The notes under the pieces are model-generated. The model had not been told where the DNA came from and made no database searches. It was given only the letters and a program-made list of their open reading frames with translations. The position numbers were made by a program, and so were the translations under genes. This document shows positions 25,668 through 35,557 of a stretch of DNA of 54,019 bases, piece by piece. Positions within the stretch are counted from its first letter, which is position 1. Each line of letters begins with the position of its first letter. The DNA is from a virus (taxonomy: Duplodnaviria > Caudoviricetes): the IMG/VR virus record IMGVR_UViG_3300025310_000213, positions 1 to 54,019 of that record; one strand, given 5' to 3'.

Positions 25668-27419
25668 TTATGCCGCGCTTCGCAGTTCGACCTCCGTTGC
25701 CCGGCCATCGGCGCGCTTGTCGTCCTCGGCACCTACGCACCGCACACGGTATTGCACGCCGGTCGAGCCGCTGACCAGGGCTCCAGCCGCAGCGTTGATG
25801 ATGTCGTCGTGACCATTCTTCGGGTGATCGATGATGTCCTTGCCGCCACGCCCGGTTCGCCTCTCGAGACTCTGCATCTGCACCACCATGCGTTTGTTCA
25901 TGACCATGTCGACGCGCCTCCCGTTCACGAGCGGCAGCACCGCTTTATAGATTTCGTTCTTCGTGCGGTCACTCACTTCGTATTCGATTTGATACGCACG
26001 GAACCGCTCGCGCGGCCATTCACCCGCGTAGCGGTCACCCTTCACGGTGCTCACGCGATACGACTTGATCACCTCGGCAAACTCTTTCGTTGTGTCATCC
26101 GGGTTAAACGGCGGCTTCCGTTCGCGCACGCAATCCAACACCTCGACGTCCCCTTCGGTGTGCGCGATGGCGAGCGTCATCGAGTCCTGTCCGCTGCCGC
26201 CAGCAGGGTCTACGAACGCCCGATAGGTGACGCCGGGCTTCGGCGGCCTCTCCGCTTCATCGGAGAGCACCTCTGCGATCACCTTCGAATCAAACAGCGC
26301 CTGGACATCACTCCTGAAGTTCGCGCCATACTCCGCATCCGCCGCGGCGAAATCCTCCTCATACGCCGCGTCGACATCCTCCTGGGGGAACGTCGGATTC
26401 ATGACCCGCGTTGGTGCCTTCCAGGCGAGCACCTTGCTGTCGTTCCGACCGTAGTGGCGCTGGTGCGCTTTATACAGCTCGCCCTTTTCCCAATACGGAG
26501 AGCTCAGGCAGATGAGCATCCCGCGCGTGGTGCCGAGCGCCGGCCGGAGCGCTTTCAGCACTTCGTGGTCAGGGTTGGCCGCGTCCTCCGTTTCCCAAAA
26601 GGCGATCTCGTCGCAGAGCACGAACGCGATCGTGTAGCCGCGGACCCGGCGATAATTCGACGTGTTCACCCGAATGGTGATCCCCGTCGTCAGCGTGATG
26701 GACTTCTGCGTCTCGCGGAACTGCGACCCGCGCCGCGCGATCAGGGCTTCGAGACGCTTATGGGAGTGCAACATCTCAGAGATGTAGTTCATGATCACGC
26801 CGGCCTGTTCGCGGTCGGCCGCGAGCACCATGCCGATGATCTTTTCCCCGCGCGAGCGCGTGTATTTTCGGAAGCACGCGAGGTAGACCGCGAGGAACGC
26901 CACGATCTCCGACTTGCCGGCGCGGCGACCGCAAATCAGCCAGATCTCCCGAACGGCTTCTTCGAATTCCGAAGTTCGTCCGGTGCAGGACTCGTAGATC
27001 GCGCGCTCGGCATCGTCGAGCGGCTCGTTGAAGGCCGCCTTCAGGAAGACGTGCCACGCCGCTCGGCTCTCCCCGGCGAGATGCGGAAAGTATTGCCGGA
27101 GCACTTCCAGCGGAGTCTTTCCACAAAATTCGGCGACGTCTCGATCGGCATCGAGTCCGCCTGGAAGGAACCGACCATCGGTCGGATTGTGGTTACGCGG
27201 CTTCGCCGGACGCTTGGGTTGCTGCCGCGCCTTCCATGCATGGAGGGCTTCGGCTTTTTCGACCGCGTAACCGATTTGCCCCGGCTTCCGCTGCATCACA
27301 TGACCGAGGCAATCCGGCCGGCACGTGGGCAACTTGATGACGCAATCAGCCCGGCACTCGGGTTTCGGCTTCGGAGGGCGCTTGGGTTTCGGCGTCGCTT
27401 CGGCCTTCGGTTCGTTCAC
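25668..27419 (-). CDS. terL: Terminase large subunit with N-terminal extension
   Basis: Walker A GRRAGKS, Walker B VLCDE, coupling motif LSS, nuclease FVDPAGG...DS and HDD; start refined to GTG 27419 behind GGAGG. Confidence 0.92.
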   Translation of the reverse strand: MNEPKAEATPKPKRPPKPKPECRADCVIKLPTCRPDCLGHVMQRKPGQIGYAVEKAEALHAWKARQQPKRPAKPRNHNPTDGRFLPGGLDADRDVAEFCGKTPLEVLRQYFPHLAGESRAAWHVFLKAAFNEPLDDAERAIYESCTGRTSEFEEAVREIWLICGRRAGKSEIVAFLAVYLACFRKYTRSRGEKIIGMVLAADREQAGVIMNYISEMLHSHKRLEALIARRGSQFRETQKSITLTTGITIRVNTSNYRRVRGYTIAFVLCDEIAFWETEDAANPDHEVLKALRPALGTTRGMLICLSSPYWEKGELYKAHQRHYGRNDSKVLAWKAPTRVMNPTFPQEDVDAAYEEDFAAADAEYGANFRSDVQALFDSKVIAEVLSDEAERPPKPGVTYRAFVDPAGGSGQDSMTLAIAHTEGDVEVLDCVRERKPPFNPDDTTKEFAEVIKSYRVSTVKGDRYAGEWPRERFRAYQIEYEVSDRTKNEIYKAVLPLVNGRRVDMVMNKRMVVQMQSLERRTGRGGKDIIDHPKNGHDDIINAAAGALVSGSTGVQYRVRCVGAEDDKRADGRATEVELRSAA

Positions 27420-27574
27420 GCGGCCTCCGTGGCAAGAGGGAACGAAGGGCAAGGGGACGGCCTTCGGGGTTCGAGATTCGAAGCGTGGGGGCCAGGGAAC
27501 AAAGCCCAGCGGGGCATAAGGCTCGACCCTAGCGGGTCGTAATTCGTTGTTCAAGCAGAGGTTATTGCCGTGCC

Positions 27575-27655
27575 TACATCGGGAAAATTTCCGTGGGCTG
27601 AGCAATACCCGCGCGAGGGCGTGCAGAAAAATGAAACTACCCCCGGTCCACTGTC
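27575..27655 (-). other. Possible cos/packaging region
   Basis: GGGGGTAG...TTTTTCT...CGCGCG...GGAAATTTTCCCG upstream of terL resembles cos-proximal layouts of HK97-type phages; inference only. Confidence 0.3.
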
Positions 27656-27695
27656 GGTCTTGAAGAGCGGCTGGCGCCGAAAGGGGGCAGGTAGG

Positions 27696-27714
27696 TGAAC
27701 AATTCACTGAACAA
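27696..27714. repeat. 19-bp inverted copy of 1159-1177
   Basis: TGAACAATTCACTGAACAA is the exact reverse complement of TTGTTCAGTGAATTGTTCA. Confidence 0.9.
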
Positions 27715-27876
27715 AACGACCTGAGTCTCCGCGTAAGTGATTGACGCCTCGATAGATTAAAGGCCAAAGCCATCGGCTTGATAGGCCGCGCCCTTCAACC
27801 ACTGATTACTTAGTAATCACTTTTACTGAGGTCCGGGGCTCGGTTTCTTCGCCGCTTGCCCGCGACTAACGGGGCC

Positions 27877-28181
27877 GGGAACGGGTGATCCGATCCCCTG
27901 TTCTACCCTGTTCGCGTCCGTGTTCTAGTGGAGGGGGAACAGGTTAAGTCCTTTGTTACTAGATGGTTAGGTATCCTGTTCCTATCGATCCCGTCTTTCG
28001 AGGGTAACTTGCGCCGGCCGCAAGCGCCGGCCAAGGGGCTGCTGCTCCGTAGGTGCTCTTTTCCCCGCTCTTAGATAGATAGGATCAGTGGGAACAGTGG
28101 GAACAACCCAATAAGATCAAGGGTGAAAGCGATCCCATCGCTGTTCCTACCTACCCCTTGCCCAACCCTGACTCGGGAACA
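27877..28181. repeat. Iteron-like cluster (TGTTC/GGGAAC), probable replication origin
   Basis: About 10 copies in both orientations with AT-rich spacers, non-coding, downstream of the primase-helicase operon. Confidence 0.6.
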
Positions 28182-28262
28182 ATGGCTTAGCGCCAGGTCC
28201 ACCCTACTCCCTTTCAATCAACCGTCCGAATCTCGACGTTCGAAACCTGACCACCCGAGACC

Positions 28263-30491
28263 CTACCCCTCGCTTTCCGAATCCCGAAACCCGTTCGTCT
28301 TCGCGCGAGCCTTGAGGATACGAATCTCGGCCTCCAGCACGTCCTGCGGCGGCACGTTCATCCGCCCGAGCATCGTCGCGATGGACGTCACGATCCGCTC
28401 GGCGGCCTGCTTGGCGGTCGCCAGCCGGGAATTCTCAGCCTGACAGGCGTCGCGTGCTCCTTCAAGCTCGCGAATCCGCGATTCGAGTTGCTCGATCGCC
28501 TCAGCGACGCTCGGGTTGGGGCACTGGAGCCACGAACACGTGAGATGTCCGCCGGACCCGACGAACAGCGTCTGGTGATGGCACGCCGGGCACCTCGTGA
28601 CGATGGATATCCGTAGGCTCTCAGCGGGTTCTCGCATCGAATCCGACATCGGTCCTCCTTGTCATGAGTGCGGCCTCGTTTCGATTTCATTGGGATCGAC
28701 GATCGGGCCGCGAGTGGTGTCGCCGTTCCACCAGCCCATTCGAACGAGGCCACTACCGACCTGCGTCATCCAGCCGTAGCGCCACGGCCCTGGGACGTCG
28801 TTTTTGAAGCGCCAATACACGCTCACACGGCCTCCGGCTCTCGAATTGGGACATACGTGCCGCGCTCGGCGTGGCACGGCTCACAGATGGAGTGCGGCGC
28901 GGGTCCGTGCGTGGCGCAGGCGAACGGTCCGGTGCCGGTGCAATAGTGCTGGTAGTTCGCCTGGTCTTCCTCGAAGGTTAACTGCCGACCAGGGCACTCG
29001 GGCAGCAGCGAACCTTCCATCCCGACGCACACCGAACAGATCGACAGCGATTCATACATGCAATCGAGGCCGTCGTCGCGGCACCCACCGCAACGGCCGG
29101 TGTCGGCCTTCGTGCATCGTTTGTAGACGTGCTCGCGCGTCATCGTAGACCCACTAATACGATGAGTGGGAGCCTTTCAAAATCAACCCGCGTCATCGGG
29201 CGTGGCGTGGAGACGAGGTGACCTTCAAGGTCGATTCTGTCTTTGTAAGGGTCACCGTATTCATATTCCCAATCACCAACCTGATGGCAACGAACGAGTG
29301 TGCCGTCGCGTTCGGATCGACCAATGATCCACTGTGCTCCATCGGATCTCACCCTGCCGAAAATAGGATTCATAGAGTCAACAGGGCACTCGTCTAGTTG
29401 TTTGAACACTGATGCCGTGACCTGTCGGGAACCGACCATGAGCACGCGAACTTCGGCGGTGAGAGTTTCAACGGTGGCTGTATTAGTCATACGGTCTCCG
29501 AATCCCGAACCACGCGGGTCACCAACCCATCGACGATCTTGGTGTAAAGCTCTTTCGCTTCTTCGAGCGTCGTGGCGGGTGGGGCGCCCTGCCAATGCTC
29601 GTCGCAATAGGCGCCAACGATCGGGTCCCACTCCACGCGGCGCCGGCAGCCGTCATGGAAGCAGCGCACCTTGTAGCCCCACCGCGCGCTCAATTCGAGG
29701 TAGAGCACCCACACGATGTAGCGCCACCCGAATGCCGTGCGGAGGTCGTAGGCTTGGCGGAACGAATCCCGAAGCACGGGGCACCGCCAGGGCATGAAGA
29801 ACAGGTGCGGCAAGGTTGCCCAGATCGACGGGAATGGTTCGCCGCACGATGAGCAGATGCGTTCGCTCATAGTTCCTCGCACCGCCCGTCGAGCATGGCG
29901 TCGATCTCCCGAACGATGCCGTCGTCCGGTGTCAGGCCCTCGCGTTGCAGCTTCTCTTGCACCGCGTAGAAGATGAAGCGCAACGACTGATGGCTGTTGC
30001 GGTAGAGCGACGGGTCTCCGTGCGTCTTGCAAAAGCAATCGTTCGGATCACGGTATTCCTGCTTCGTGTGCGAGACGAGCGCCTGCAGCCGGCACGCGAT
30101 CCCAATTGCGACGTCGCGGGTCACTGCTTTGGACCCCAGGCGATCGAGTAGGGCTGCCCGTTGACGGTGACCTTGATTCCGCCACCACCGCCGCAGCCGG
30201 TGTAGCTGCTGAAGAACACCATGAGCAGCAGGAACGCGAGAACCTCTTTCATGTGAGCTACTCCTTCGTGGCTTTCTCGTATTCCGCCATCGGCACCCAC
30301 ACGAGTGCGCACACCATGCGGGGATCGCCGATGGCGATCTCGGTGGGCGTGATGTTCGTGGTGGCGATCCGAAGCTCGGTGTGGCGATAGGGCTTCTTCC
30401 GTTCGGACGCGCCCACGAGGCACTCGTTGAGGAATTGCACCTTTACCCCCGGTGCCTCGGCGACGCGCTTCAACATTTCGGCAATCGACAT
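28263..30491 (-). other. Run of small coupled hypothetical ORFs (28263-28649, 28662-~28820, 28823-29143, 29140-29490, 29487-~29870, 29867-30124, 30121-30252, 30258-30491)
   Basis: ATGA/GTGA overlaps; several Cys-rich; 30121-30252 has a lipobox-like YTGC. Confidence 0.55.
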
Positions 30492-30526
30492 CTGATCCTC
30501 GTTACGCTGATCGGCGTATCCGCACC

Positions 30527-32740
30527 CTAAAAGAGCGGTGGCGCGTCCTCTGCCGGGTGAGGCGGTTCTTCCCCTGGCCCGCCGTTGTCCAAGGCCGCGT
30601 CGGCAGCCGTGGTCATCCACCGATGTTTCGTTTTGATCGTCTCTTCCCACTTCTGGCGGCACGCGTCGAGCGACGGCACCGTGGTGAAGTAGACCAACCT
30701 GCCGGCCGACCGTTTCCTGAACCGAGTCCACTCGGGTGTGAACTTCATGAGCGCGGACCAGAATTCCGATTCGCCGGGACGTCGTGTGACGCCCATCTTT
30801 TCGAGAGTCTCGATGCAGTCGTTGTAGACCGTCTCTTTGGGGATCTCGCTGGGCCAGGCACCGTTGATCAAGGCGCCGTCGTCAATCTTGCTGAACCACC
30901 ACTTGTGCAGCGGCGACATCGTGGCCTGCTTCTGTTCGAGCAGCGCCTTCGTATGTGGGATCTGGCGGTGGTTCCAGTTGCTGATATCGAGTGCGAGCAG
31001 ATCGTGCAGCATCGCCTCGCGGCCACCTTCCTTCATCTGTTTCAGAAGGGCGGCAAAGTAGTGATGGTCATTCGCGTGCGATGGATCGACGTCGAGCATG
31101 GTCCACCGACGTTCGTCGAGTTCGGCCGGCAGCACCCAGTCGTGGTTGGACGCCATGAATAGGTGGATCACGTTGCGAACCGTAAAGGCATCCTTCCCCT
31201 TGCGCTCGATCGTGACGTTCGGTTCCGACACCAGGGTCTTGAGTGCCGACACCGCGGCCTTGTCCTGCGGTGCCACGGCCTCGTCGGCAAAGACGAACAC
31301 CGCATCTTGCAGATGCGAGTTGAAGTGCCCGACCAAGTGGTGGGCGTGCGTGACGTGCAGGTAGTGCTGGCCGAAGATGGACCCGATGACGCGGCCGACG
31401 ATGCCCTTGCCGGTGCCCTGACGGCCGCGGAGCGCGATGCCGGTCTCCGCCGGTCTTCCAGGCTTCTGGAAAAGGCGAGCCAACCAGCGTATGACGAAGT
31501 CATATACCGGTTGATCACCTCGGCAGATCACGTGCAGCAGGTGCTCGCGGAACAGCGTCCAGTCCCCCAGCTTCGGGTCCACGGTAAACCCGCGCCAGAG
31601 GTTCAACTTCGTCGAGTCGTTGACCCTGTTCTCGGGATCGAAGATCACGCCGCTGTATTGCTTGCGGCCAGGGTGATCGAGCCAGAAGTCGCCGAGGGTT
31701 TTGACGACCTTCTTCTTCCCGACCTTGAGTTCGACCTTACGGTTGCGGTAGAGCAACCGGATGTCCTCGGCCGACGATCGGTCGTAGACGAAGCGATCGA
31801 GCAGGTCTTCCTTGCGCTCGGTGAAGATAATCGTCTTGCCGGCCTCGAATACCACCATATGGCGGTCGTTCATCCAGTCGACCGCGCGTTCGGCTTTGGA
31901 GGGCGGATACTTCCCGATCGATCGAGCAATGACGCTGACTTCCTGTTTGCCGAGCGGCGGCTTGCACCGCTTCTGATCGATCGCGATCAGGGCCGCGAGC
32001 AGCTCGTCATCGTCGAGGCCGATGCGGCGCAACGAACCACCGATCCGCGTGAGCGTGACGTTGCGGTTTGCGGTGATCTCGCCCTGGTCGTCGAAGGATT
32101 CCTCGGTGGGAGCGTTTTCGCCGGCTGTTTCCTCGTCTGGTGCGTCGGGATCGTCGGCGGAGTCGAAGTCAAACTCCCGCGCGATTAGGGCTTCCAACTC
32201 CGACGCCCGAGCCTCCACGTCCGCGGGCGTGCCCTCAACGTGGTCTTCCGTGACTGTGAAATAGCGATGGTGGCCGTAGATTTCGAGGCCCTTGCGTGCG
32301 TGGTTCTTCCCGAGCCACGCTTTAACAAAAATCTTGATGCCACACTTCGACGGGGAAATCTCGGTGTAGCTGTTCGTTTCCTGAATGATGCGCTTCGCTT
32401 CGGCGGTCAGTTCACCCGTGTCCGGGTTGCGGCAGTCGTCGATATCGATCCCCGCCTCGCCATCGCCCAGGACGTAGCCTTTCCCGTCGACGTGGCCGGC
32501 CGCGATCATGGCGACCGCTTCGTCGTGTGTGCCCCACGACGATTCGTCGTTGACCTTGGCTTCGAGCAGGGGGATCCGCGGTTGGTAAGGGACTTTTTTG
32601 TCGCCGACGAGCCGGTAGCAAACCCAGCGGCGTTTGGCTTTCAGGGTTTCGAGCATGAGCGGGTTCGAGGGATCTAGGCTTTTCCTTCTTCCTCCACACA
32701 CTCCCGGCGAGACACCTTGCGGCGCCTCGCCGGGTTGCAC
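30527..32740 (-). CDS. Primase-polymerase/helicase (AEP primase, PriCT, SF3/DUF5906-type NTPase); start likely near 32656
   Basis: RWVCY..KKVPY, GIDIDDC, YTEISPS, RNVTL....G.LRR, Walker A GRQGTGKG, VFADE, ASNH, ERRW. Confidence 0.9.
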   Translation of the reverse strand: MQPGEAPQGVSPGVCGGRRKSLDPSNPLMLETLKAKRRWVCYRLVGDKKVPYQPRIPLLEAKVNDESSWGTHDEAVAMIAAGHVDGKGYVLGDGEAGIDIDDCRNPDTGELTAEAKRIIQETNSYTEISPSKCGIKIFVKAWLGKNHARKGLEIYGHHRYFTVTEDHVEGTPADVEARASELEALIAREFDFDSADDPDAPDEETAGENAPTEESFDDQGEITANRNVTLTRIGGSLRRIGLDDDELLAALIAIDQKRCKPPLGKQEVSVIARSIGKYPPSKAERAVDWMNDRHMVVFEAGKTIIFTERKEDLLDRFVYDRSSAEDIRLLYRNRKVELKVGKKKVVKTLGDFWLDHPGRKQYSGVIFDPENRVNDSTKLNLWRGFTVDPKLGDWTLFREHLLHVICRGDQPVYDFVIRWLARLFQKPGRPAETGIALRGRQGTGKGIVGRVIGSIFGQHYLHVTHAHHLVGHFNSHLQDAVFVFADEAVAPQDKAAVSALKTLVSEPNVTIERKGKDAFTVRNVIHLFMASNHDWVLPAELDERRWTMLDVDPSHANDHHYFAALLKQMKEGGREAMLHDLLALDISNWNHRQIPHTKALLEQKQATMSPLHKWWFSKIDDGALINGAWPSEIPKETVYNDCIETLEKMGVTRRPGESEFWSALMKFTPEWTRFRKRSAGRLVYFTTVPSLDACRQKWEETIKTKHRWMTTAADAALDNGGPGEEPPHPAEDAPPLF

Positions 32741-32755
32741 TCAACGGGGAACGAA

Positions 32756-33535
32756 CTAGAACGGGACGTTCTCGGCACCGTCGGTTTCATCTTCGGCCGT
32801 TTCAGCAGCCGACGTATCGATGGTCTTGTCGCGGAGATCGAGCGCCGTCTGCTTCAGTTCACCGTAGAGCACCTGGTTGGTGATGATGCCGATGGGCAGT
32901 CGCGGGATGACCGGGATGTAGAATTCCTGGCCGGCCGCGTTCTTCGTTGCGATGCTCGACAGCGTGAACACCTTGGCGAAGTCGGCGATCCCCGACATGG
33001 CGCGGAGCGAGCTGTTAAAGCCTCGCATGGTCTTCAGGAACGTGCTCTTCGCACTGAACCAGACGATCTCCTTCGTGTCCGGCAGGTAGAAGAGGTAGTT
33101 CATGAACTTCGTGACTTCGGGCTTCTCGCCCTTCGGTCCGAAGGTCGTGCGGAGCGGCAGGCCTTCCTCGTCGCGCACGACGCCATCGGATCCCACGATG
33201 CCGCGGCACACGATGCCGCCGCCCTGGTCGATCGGCTTGAACACGATGTAATTGACCCAATATTTCAACATCGTGAAGCGCAACGGGCCGGTGCCGTAGA
33301 TGTAGCCACTGGCGTCGTTGAAGAAGTCGCCCTCGGCGAGCCCTTCGATGTAGTTTGGGTCGTTGCGCTTGCGCTGCGGCGTCATCGACTGGCACAGCTT
33401 CAACTGTGGCAGCCGAATCTCCGACTGATCGAATTGCGTGTTGAGCGCCAGGGCCTCCTGGTCCTGCTTCATCCAGTCGGGGAGCGCGAGCGCTCCGCCG
33501 GGCGTGACGGTGGTGAGTGCGGTTTCTTCCTTCAT
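32756..33535 (-). CDS. Probable single-stranded DNA-binding protein
   Basis: IRLPQLKLCQ.M.PQ motif; acidic tail ending in PF; replication context. Confidence 0.6.
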   Translation of the reverse strand: MKEETALTTVTPGGALALPDWMKQDQEALALNTQFDQSEIRLPQLKLCQSMTPQRKRNDPNYIEGLAEGDFFNDASGYIYGTGPLRFTMLKYWVNYIVFKPIDQGGGIVCRGIVGSDGVVRDEEGLPLRTTFGPKGEKPEVTKFMNYLFYLPDTKEIVWFSAKSTFLKTMRGFNSSLRAMSGIADFAKVFTLSSIATKNAAGQEFYIPVIPRLPIGIITNQVLYGELKQTALDLRDKTIDTSAAETAEDETDGAENVPF

Positions 33536-33538
33536 GCG

Positions 33539-33831
33539 CTAAGCGGCCTCCTGTGCCGCGATCGGGCGAGCCGCCCGCTTGGGTGGGTGACAGATCGGGC
33601 AACGCAGCGCCACCCTCTTGCTGCGTTTACCCTTCAGGCGCCGTTCTTCCGAACGGTCACCTTGCCATGTCCGAGCGACACGAAACTCGATCCCCGCTGC
33701 CACCACGGCTGCCGTCAGCTTGCTCGCGTGCCCTTGACGGTGCTCGGCCACGCGCCGGTCGACGTCCTTGGCATACCCATGTAGTGGCGGACGTGCCGAT
33801 ACGGCCGATCAAAGTGGAGCAGGTAGACCAC
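33539..33831 (-). pseudogene. Small GIY-YIG endonuclease, frameshifted near 33777
   Basis: VYLLHFDRPYRHVRHYMG in one frame continues as YAKDVDRRVAEHRQG...ARTW...ERRLK in another. Confidence 0.75.
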
Positions 33832-34350
33832 CTACTTCTTCCTCCGCTGGACGGTGGTCTTCATGAAGATGTCGATGCCCTCGGGCATCGGCCTGGGCTG
33901 TCCGGTCGCGGGATCGATTGGGTCTTCGAGGATGCCCTTCACCATCGCGTTGAGCGTCGACCACGGTGGAGCGAGGATTTCTTTCAGGCCCTGCTTTTCG
34001 AACCACTCGCGGCACGCGGCCTTGTCCTTGACGCTGGTGTGCGGTTCGTCCTTGAGGATGAATTGGCCGCCGCTGGCGAGCTTGAAGTTGGAGAGACCCT
34101 GGTCCTCCATCTGGGTGACCAAGAGTTCCTCGATCGCCGCGAATTGCACATTGATCTCGGCGAGCGCGGCCTTGATTTCTTCTTCCTGGTCGCACAGGGC
34201 GTTGTAGGCTTCCGCCAGTTCCTGTAGGCCCTTGCCGACGAGTTCAGCTTTGACGGCGTCGACCTTCTCCTGATACTTGGCGCCATCCTCGTATTTGATT
34301 TCGACAGGGAGCTTCGGCAAGGTGCCCCGGAGGTGAGTCCACTTTCCCAC
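33832..34350 (-). CDS. Conserved-type phage replication-module protein (coiled coil)
   Basis: Next to the SSB-like gene; TLNAMVK...MPEGIDIF pattern. Confidence 0.55.
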   Translation of the reverse strand: MGKWTHLRGTLPKLPVEIKYEDGAKYQEKVDAVKAELVGKGLQELAEAYNALCDQEEEIKAALAEINVQFAAIEELLVTQMEDQGLSNFKLASGGQFILKDEPHTSVKDKAACREWFEKQGLKEILAPPWSTLNAMVKGILEDPIDPATGQPRPMPEGIDIFMKTTVQRRKK

Positions 34351-34547
34351 TACGCTGCCTCCTGCGCCTTCCCCTTGATTTCGTCGAGGATCGAGAGGAA
34401 ATACGGAGCGGCGGCCTCCCCGTAGGTTTCGGGCGTGCCCTTCAGCAGCCGGACTGCCTCGTTCTCAAACTCCTCCGGGTGTTCACGGTAGCGACGATCC
34501 CATTCCGTGAACGCAGCGGCGATCTGTTCCGGTGTGGCGTTCTTCAT
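34350..34547 (-). CDS. Hypothetical protein
   Basis: Coupled ORF. Confidence 0.6.
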   Translation of the reverse strand: MKNATPEQIAAAFTEWDRRYREHPEEFENEAVRLLKGTPETYGEAAAPYFLSILDEIKGKAQEAA

Positions 34548-35146
34548 GCGGCGGCGCCCTCCTTCACGCCGTGGAGTTGATAGAACCGCTGGATGAACAT
34601 GTGCTTCGCTTCATCGGGATCAACCGGATGAATCTGAATCCCGAGCCCCGGTCCGCGCAACGCTGATGGGCGCGCGAGGTTGGGCGTAAGTTCACGCGCC
34701 TCGTCCTGCAGAATGAGGTGGTCGATCTGTTTCACCTCGGGCGGCTGTGCCCCAGTCAGTCCAAACGATTCACGGATGACCCGAAGCAACGTGTCGTCGG
34801 CCGATCGATAGAGCCTCATTTCGGCTGCGTGCTTCACCGGGCCGGTCATGTCTCCCAGATAGGCTTCGGGCGTGTCGTGGACCAACCCTTCGAGTGCGTA
34901 GATCCGCTCCAAGCGATCCAGCGCCTCACCGTGCGCTCGGAGGGAGGCCGGTGGTCGAACGAATCGGCTGACCATGACGCAGTGCTGCGCGACGCTATAG
35001 AACCGGCGGACGTGCCCGTTGAACCTGCATATGTGAGCTAGGGCGTGAGCGATGTCCTCGATGCAGATGTCCTCTGGCCGCGGGTCGAGAGGCCAGAACT
35101 TCCGACCGGTGATCGTCGTGATGAAGTTCTCGTCGCCGTGCTTCAC
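34544..35146 (-). CDS. HD-domain 5'-nucleotidase (YfbR/YfdR-like)
   Basis: DIAHALAHICRFNGH..FYSVAQH, LVHD.PEAYLGD...PVK; start refined to GTG 35146. Confidence 0.9.
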   Translation of the reverse strand: MKHGDENFITTITGRKFWPLDPRPEDICIEDIAHALAHICRFNGHVRRFYSVAQHCVMVSRFVRPPASLRAHGEALDRLERIYALEGLVHDTPEAYLGDMTGPVKHAAEMRLYRSADDTLLRVIRESFGLTGAQPPEVKQIDHLILQDEARELTPNLARPSALRGPGLGIQIHPVDPDEAKHMFIQRFYQLHGVKEGAAA

Positions 35147-35496
35147 GCGGCCTCCGACCTGGTCATCGCCGCCGTGGCTCTCTTGAGGTGACGACGCTCG
35201 CGCGCATACACCACGCGGTCCTCGTGTTTGCCTTTGATCAGGTGTTCGGGTGCGACGCACATGCCGTCGCCGGTTTCGTTGTTGCCCACCGTGCCGCAGG
35301 TGTTCGTGACTTCCTCGTCAGCGGCAACGTGACCCGCGGAACCTCGGTCATGCTGGTGCGCGAAGGCGTAGGCCAAACGGCGGACGTGACACATCCCCCT
35401 GTCCGCGCGGCCGTAAATCTCGACGCTCATATGGCGGCGGCCGTCCGCACGGAACGTTCTACATCCGTGCTCGTTGGGCGGGTTGAATATGTGCAT
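35143..35496 (-). CDS. Degenerate HNH/His-Me endonuclease-like protein
   Basis: HVRRLAY...VTNTCG......CVAPEHL..G; the usual catalytic His appears replaced. Confidence 0.5.
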   Translation of the reverse strand: MHIFNPPNEHGCRTFRADGRRHMSVEIYGRADRGMCHVRRLAYAFAHQHDRGSAGHVAADEEVTNTCGTVGNNETGDGMCVAPEHLIKGKHEDRVVYARERRHLKRATAAMTRSEAA

Positions 35497-35557
35497 CGAA
35501 TTCTTCTCTCAGAGCTCTCGTCAGCTTGATTTGGTCGGTATCGTGTGCCCCTGGTCT

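Noticed and set aside
27420-27773. N-terminal 117 aa of the 701-aa terminase ORF
   Set aside because: Runs through repeat and regulatory DNA; a GGAGG-GTG start at 27419 is more plausible.
27696-28200. CRISPR mini-array
   Set aside because: Repeats are 5-10 bp, irregularly spaced and in both orientations; no cas genes.
3179-33784. Long plus-strand ORFs (3179-4465, 12807-14327, 23266-25032, 25752-27542, 31163-32188, 32717-33784)
   Set aside because: Antisense shadows of well-supported minus-strand genes in GC-rich DNA; no motifs.
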